Shown: positions 46,090 to 52,195 of the stretch, in pieces
Numbering within the stretch: the stretch's first letter is position 1
Layout: each line of letters starts with the position of its first letter
Origin: Chiloscyllium plagiosum
Taxonomy: Eukaryota
DNA: 52,195 bases
Assembly (NCBI RefSeq): GCF_004010195.1
Contig: NC_057719.1
Span: 65,813,702 to 65,865,896, forward strand
Reading direction: 5' to 3'
Notes under the pieces: model-generated
Databases searched by the model: none
Told to the model about the DNA's origin: nothing
The model's input: the letters and a program-made list of their open reading frames with translations, nothing else
Program-made: the position numbers and the translations under genes

Positions 46090-46830
46090 TAAATATTAAG
46101 AGTATTACAATGCTGAACAAAGAGACCTTGGAGTGCAGGCTCATAATTCCTTGAAAGTGGAGTCTCAGGTAGATAGGATAGTGAAGAAGATGTTTGGTAT
46201 GCTTTCCTTTATTAGTCAGAGCATTGGGTAAAGGAGTTGAAAGGTCATATTGCGATTGTACAGGACATTGGTTATGCCACTTTTGGAATATTCTGTGCAA
46301 TTCTGATCTCCCTCCTATAGGAAGGATGTTGTGAACTTTGAAAGGGTTCTGAAAAGATTTACAAGGATGTTGCCTGGGTTGGAGGGTTTGAGCTATAAGG
46401 AGAAGCTGAATAGACTGGGGTTGCTTTCCCTGGACAATCAGAGGCTAACGGTGACCTTATAGAAGTTTATAAGATCATGACGGGCATCGATAGATAAATA
46501 GACAAAGTCTTTTCCTTGGTTTGGGGAGTCCAGAATTAGAGGGCATAGGTTTAGGGTGAGAGGGGAAAGATTTAAAAGGGACCTAAGGAGCAACTTTTTC
46601 ATGTAAAAGCTGTTGGTGGTGCATATATAGAATGAGCTGCCAGAGGAAGTGGTGGAGGCTGGTACAATTACAACACTTAAAAGGCATCTGGATGGGTATA
46701 TGAATAGGAAGCGTTGAGAGAGATATGAGCCAGGTGCTGGCAAATGGGACTAGATTAGGTTGGGATATCTGGTTGGCATGGACAAGTTGGAACGAAGGGT
46801 CTGTTTCCATGCCGTACATCTCCATGACTC
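46090..46830 (+). mobile_element. 5'-truncated CR1 LINE
   Basis: Colinear with 4908-5592; CR1 3' UTR. Confidence 0.9.
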
Positions 46831-47284
46831 GATAAATTGATGCTCATAAGAATAAACATGCTGTATCTAAATATCTAAATATCTAAATATACTTCTATTA
46901 GGTTTCGGCTTCTGTTGGTAGGGTTAGCTTTTGAACTATACAACCTATTTAGTTACTCATATACAAATTGAATGTGTAAGAATATTTGAGGATTTCTATC
47001 TGCTTACATTACAGACACTTTGTATATATTTTTAAGTATTACTCACTGTGTACGTTCTTTATTAGTTTGATATAATTTTGTTGAAAGTTATAACTAACTT
47101 TGCAATCTGTTTTTAACAGTAAGTAGCTATTTTAAAATAGCAACAGCCACAGTAAAGCATATTGCCCATCAGGTCTCCAAATAACAGACAGTTATTTAAA
47201 AGTGAATGATCTAATAGGACACAGTCACAGTCACAGTCAGATGATTGTCTAATTTAATTAAAAATTCATATAAAATTAGCAAAA

Positions 47285-47753
47285 TGTAAGACAATGAGTT
47301 ATTCGTGGAACCTAAATTGGCATCAAGAAATGACTGGGCATTGCACATGCCTCACCTAGCCAATCAGAGTCTAAATCATGCACTGATTGGACCAATCAGA
47401 CTTCAGGGATACTACTGGTGCTGCTGTGATTGTGGTTCAGAAAGAGTTAATAGGACCTGTGTACATGTGCAGAACACAGAAGGAAACAGAGCAAGAATTT
47501 TGGACAAGAAGCACCCTAGCCTACCAAGGACGACTATTCCATTGTGAATAAGATAAATTTATTGCCTTGTTATGGATCATTTTCACTGTACTTGTTTAAT
47601 TGCTTAATAAATTTGCAAACCTTGTCCAAACACACTCATAGCTGGAGTGTTTTTGTATTTGGTCAGACGCTGAGTCTCAAAATTAATGTTAAATTGGATT
47701 TCAAAATTTTATAGTATGGAGTTACGCTGAATTTTCTTTAACTTCCCGTAACA
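47285..47753 (+). mobile_element. Possible solo LTR
   Basis: TGTAA...TAACA ends, three CCAAT boxes at 47359-47400, AATAAA near 47605; no TSD found. Confidence 0.4.
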
Positions 47754-48422
47754 GTACTTTATTTATTCGATGAATAAAAGTACATATCTTGAAAAAAAGA
47801 ACTTTTAAATAATTCAGGTACCAGTGGCTTCACAGTTAAATCTTGACTGTCTTCTTACACTTTCCAATAAAGATCACTGAAGAAATGACTCCCGAGAACA
47901 TCACTTCATTGTGGTACGTGGCTATTCAGATGATCATATGGCTCAGTGGGTCTGTTTCTGTGTTGAAAATTTTAGGTCAAGCCCCTTCCCAGGACTTGTT
48001 ATCATGAAAGGATTGTTCATGACATGGTCAAATAAATTGGGCCAGATCTTCTCATGAAATAACAGCACCAGTGAGCTGCAGAAACAATGCTATACACACT
48101 AGAAATGCAAATGTGTGTGCATTTTAGTTGTCTAGAAAGTATAACTATCCCCATGCCAATGGACTGTCGGGGCTGCTGAGAGGAACCTATGAATATTTCT
48201 CATACTAAGCATAGCTTTGGAGACTTAGGCTTACTACACAATACCTACTATAGAATTATTATGCTGTCTAATCCCTGGTGTGGCTCCGTGATCATCAGCA
48301 GAGCTCAACTCAACTGTCCAGCCTCTGAGTTGAGCTTCCCTCACTCATTTACCCACTTAAAACCTTTGAGTTCTTTAAACACTTCCCTAGATGCAGCAGC
48401 TAATGTAGCCACATCAAAGGTG

Positions 48423-48726
48423 GGCGGCACGGTGGCACAGTGGTTAGCACTGCTGCCTCACAGCGCCAGAGACCCGGGTTCAATTCCCGCCTCAGGCGAC
48501 TGACTGTGTGGAGTTTGCACATTCTCCCCGTGTCTGCATGGGTTTCCTCCGGGTGCTCCAGTTTCCTCCCACAGTCCAAAGATGTGCGGGTCAGGTGAAT
48601 TGGCCATGCTAAATTGCCCGTAGTGTTAGGTTGTAGGGGTATGGGTGGGTTGCGCTTCGGCGGGTCGGTGTGGACTTGTTGGGCCGAAGGGCCTGTTTCC
48701 ACACTGTAAGTAATCTAATCTAATCT
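48423..48726 (+). mobile_element. Full-length young HE1-type SINE
   Basis: A-box tggcacagtgg, B-box ggttcaattcc, conserved core, (taatc)n tail, 7-bp TSD aaaggtg at 48416-48422 and 48727-48733. Confidence 0.93.
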
Positions 48727-49204
48727 AAAGGTGCTTGTCCCAAGTGCTGCTGTGGATGGCTGTACTGAAGCATCACTGTTAAAACCATACAGGAAGATTT
48801 GACTAAAATGATACAAAAAGATCTGGGTTGGAGGAGTTGTGGGGGTGAGCACAGGAGGGGGCCATTGATCTTCATGGTCAACCACATTTACTCCATAATC
48901 GTTGCTGACGAAACATCTAGGCAGGTGCTGTGAGAGGTAATCAACCTGCTAATCCTTCTGACATGATCGTGGAAGCTTTGTTAACCATATGAGGCAGAGT
49001 GGTGCCTCTCAAGGTTTTATTCTTTGTGTCTCTCTTGTGGAGAGGGGGACAGAATAGAGAGGGCTCTGAGTGGACTGCAACTGATTGTAAATGGGCACAA
49101 CTAAGCACTGACAGCATTTTGAGCTCCTTATGACTACAAATGCCACATCACAAGTTACATTTATACATGAGAATTGAATTGTAAAATGAATACATGCTTA
49201 CATT

Positions 49205-50687
49205 TTTTCTTTATTTATGGGCTTTAGGTGTCATGCCAGATTATTGCCCATCCCTAATTACCCTTGAGAAGGGGTTACATTTAGATGTGGACTACTTCAG
49301 TATCTGAGGAGTTGTGAATGGGCTGACCTTTGTGCAATCGTTGGCAAACATCCCTACTTTTGATGGAGGGAAGCTCATTGTTGAAGCAGCTGAACATGGT
49401 TGGGCCTAGGACACTACTCTGAGGAACTGCTGTTGAGATGTCCTGGAGCTGAGTTAACTGACCTCCAACTATCACGGCCATCTTCCTATGTGCCAGGTAT
49501 GACTCCAACTCACAGAAAGATTTCCCCCATTTACCATCGATTCTAGTTTTGCCTGAGTTCCTTCATGCCATATGGTCACATGCTATGTTGATGTCAAGGA
49601 CAATTGCTCTCACTTCACCTCTGGAATTCAGCTCTTTTGTCTATGTTTGAACCAAGGCTATAATGAGGTCAGGAGCTGAGTGGCCCTGGTGTAATCCAAA
49701 CTGGGCATCACTGAGTAGGTTATTGCTGAGCAGGGGCTGCTTGATAGCATTATTGATGACACCTTCCATCACCTTACTGATGCTTGAGAGTAGACTGATG
49801 GCATGGTAATTGACTAGGTTGGATTTATCCTGCATTTTATGAACAAGACATTTATGAGCAATTTTTTTCATTGTCATATAGATGCCAGTGTTATAACACA
49901 CTGGAAGAGCTTGGTTAGGAGTGCAGCAAGTTCTGGAGCACAAATCTTCAGTACTATTGCCAGAATTGAATTGAATTGAATTGAATTTATTGTCACGTGT
50001 ACCGAGGCACAGTGAAAAGCTTTGTCTTGCGAGCAATAAGGCAGACCACAAAGTTAAGTAGCATAGACAGTAAATAATAGGTAAACAGCAGCAAAAACAA
50101 AAACACAGGTACAGGCACTGTTAAGAGTTTGTGAGTCCATTCAATATTCTAACAACAGTAGGGTAGAAACTGTTTTGAAACTGGCTGGTGCGTGTGTTCA
50201 GGCTTCTGTTCCATCTTCCCAATGTTGGAGATTGTAGAAAAACATTGCCAGGGTGAGATGGATCTTTGAGAATGCTGGCGGCCTTTCCTTGACAGCGGGC
50301 CTGGTAGATGGATTCTATAGATGGGAGGTTGGCCTTTGTGATTGTCCAGGCTGAGTTCACCACTCTCTGTAACCGTCTCCAATCTTAATGGTACAGTTGC
50401 CATAGTGATACATCCAGACAGAATGCTCTCGATGGAGCACCTATAAAAGTTGGCAAGGGCCCATTGTTGTCAGGGCCCATTGTTGTCAGGGCCCATTGCC
50501 TTTGCACTAGCCAGTGCCTCAATCTTTTCATCACATAGAGTGAATCAAATTAACTGAAGACTGATATCACGATGCTGGGGACCACTTGAGGAAGCCAGGA
50601 TGGATTATCTATTCGGTGTTTCTGGATGAAGATTGTTGCGAATGATTCAGCCTTATCTTTTGCACCAATGTACTGGGCTCCCCAGTC
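49205..50687 (-). mobile_element. Degenerate CR1/L2-group LINE with internal deletions, interrupted by a Rex1-like element
   Basis: ORFs 49641-50051 (NYHAISLLSSISKVMEGVIN..LLSDAQFG) and 49281-49508 (VPQSSVLGPTMFSCF). Confidence 0.8.
49963..50459 (-). mobile_element. Rex1/Babar-type LINE 3' fragment
   Basis: ORF 50121-50363 (LPSIESIY..RC..KAASILKDPSHPG..RTSQFQNSFYP..VRILN); (GAATT)n tail. Confidence 0.85.
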
Positions 50688-51030
50688 ATAGAGTTATAAA
50701 GCACAGAAACAAACCCTTCAGCCCAACTCGTCCATGCTGACCAGGTTTTCTAAACTGAAATGGTCTCATTTGCCTGTGTTTGGTCCTTATCCCTCTAAAT
50801 CTTTCTGACCCACATGCCGATCCAAATGTCTTTGAGGTGTTGCAATGTACTTCCCTCTACCACTTCCTCTGGCAGCTCATTCCATATACTGTACACACCA
50901 ACCTGTGTGAAAAAGTTGCCCCTCTGGTCCCTTTTAAATCTTTCCTCTCACCTTAAACCTATGCCCTCTCACCTAGAGAAAAACACCTTGGCTATTCACC
51001 TAATCTATGCCCTTCAAGATTTTATGAACC
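50688..51030 (-). mobile_element. CR1 3' fragment
   Basis: catagagt..gaaacaaacccttcagcccaac tail, as at 324. Confidence 0.8.
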
Positions 51031-51525
51031 TCTATAAGATGCACTGTAGAAATTCATCAAGGTTCCTTAGAGAGCATCTTCTAAGCACAACTGCGACCAT
51101 CTAGAATTGGTAATACTAAATTGCCCATAGTGTTCAAGGATATGTAGGTTAGGTGTATTAGTCAGGGGAAATGTAAGTAATAAGGTAAGGGTCTGGGTGG
51201 GTTACTCTTTGGAGGGTCAGTGTAGACTTGTTGGACCGAATGGCCTGTTTCTAAAAAAAAAGGACAGGGGCAGCAGATGCATGGGAACATAAATAAGTTC
51301 CACTCCAGACCCCACACCATCCTGACTTGGAAAAGTATTGCTGTTCCTTCACTGTCACAGTCAAAATCCTGGCACTCTCTCCCTATTAGCGCTGTGGGTG
51401 TAGCTATAACCCAAGGACTCCAGCAGTACACAAAGCCAGCTCACCACACTTTTTGAAGTATAATTAATGACGTGAAATAAATGCAATCCTAACCAAAGAA
51501 ATCCACATCCCATGAATGAATAAAA
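51031..51525 (+). mobile_element. LINE 3' fragment interrupted by a partial HE1-related SINE (about 51110-51255)
   Basis: gggcagcagatgcatgggaac..caaaatcctgg..atccacatcccatgaatgaataaa; the SINE part has aaattgcccatagtg..tggcctgtttc. Confidence 0.65.
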
Positions 51526-51660
51526 TGAAAACCTTCAGGTGACTTCTATAATTGTAGTTTCATTTTGAAGTCATTAGCTGAGAAAACTGGACCGGGGTCA
51601 AGAGTTGTTGCAATTCTTCTGCCAGGTCAATCAAAATAGTTTTTAAGCAATGTACACAAT

Positions 51661-52195
51661 TACCCCATACACCTCCATCCCCCATCACGAAGGCCTCAAA
51701 GCCCTCCACTTCTTCCTTTCCTGCCAAACCAACCAGTACCCTTCACTGACACCCTCCTTCAACTGACTGAACTGGTCCTCATCCGTAACAACTTCTCCTT
51801 TCAATCCTCCCACTTCCTCCAAACCAAAGGAGTAGCCATGGGCACCCGCATGGGCCCCAGCTATGCCTGCCTCTTCGTTGGATATGTGGAACAGTCCATC
51901 TTCCGCAGCTACACAGGCACCACCCCCCACCTTTTCCTCCGCTACATTGACGACTGTATCGGCGCTACCTCATGCTCCCACGAGGAGGTTGAACAGTTCA
52001 TCCACTTTACTAACACCTTCCACCCCGACCTCAAATTTACCTGAACCGTCTCAGACTCCTCCCTCCCCTTCCGAGGCCTCTCCATTTCTATCTCGGACAT
52101 TTACTATAAACCGACTGACTCCCACAGCTACATAGGTTACACCTCCTCCCACCCTGCCCCCTGTAAAAACGCCATCCCATATTCCCAATTCCTTC
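51661..52195 (+). mobile_element. Penelope-like reverse transcriptase fragment running off the window
   Basis: YTSIPHHEGLKAL..NNFSFQSSHFLQTKGVAMGTRMGPSYACLFVG..FLRYIDDCIG; internal stop at 52042-52044; same family as 16137. Confidence 0.9.

Noticed and set aside
48302..48336. 11-bp hairpin agctcaactca...tgagttgagct
   Set aside because: Too short for a pre-miRNA and has no other supporting features.
48423..48500. tRNA-like sequences with A and B boxes (also 15630-15700, 25400-25470, 1670-1741)
   Set aside because: They continue into SINE bodies and tails, some with TSDs; they are not tRNA genes.
1..52195. CRISPR arrays, rRNA genes, operons or intact autonomous transposons
   Set aside because: The sequence is eukaryotic and spliced; no repeat-spacer arrays or rRNA-like sequence were seen, and all RT and endonuclease frames are truncated or interrupted.

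Overview
Repeat-rich vertebrate genomic DNA, most likely a cartilaginous fish (HE1-type SINEs, Deu-domain SINEs, many CR1 LINEs, Penelope-like elements). Three protein-coding genes are supported. (1) KATNBL1 on the + strand has 9 coding exons from 6957 to 26606, all GT-AG and phase-consistent, giving 310 aa. (2) A fibrinogen-related-domain (FReD) gene on the + strand carries its whole domain in one terminal exon (32614-33308) and ends in the ER-retrieval motif HDEL. (3) The muscarinic receptor CHRM5 on the - strand has an intronless CDS at 41948-43558. A 500-N assembly gap (31661-32160) separates KATNBL1 from the other two, and EMC7, which lies between KATNBL1 and CHRM5 in human, is not visible. 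Several Penelope-like insertions have a fold-back architecture with target-site duplications and minimal hammerhead ribozymes on both strands; one has captured a 43-nt copy of the CHRM5 3' UTR. Gene and hammerhead coordinates were read base by base. Most repeat boundaries are approximate, and family names come from recalled similarity, not from a database search.
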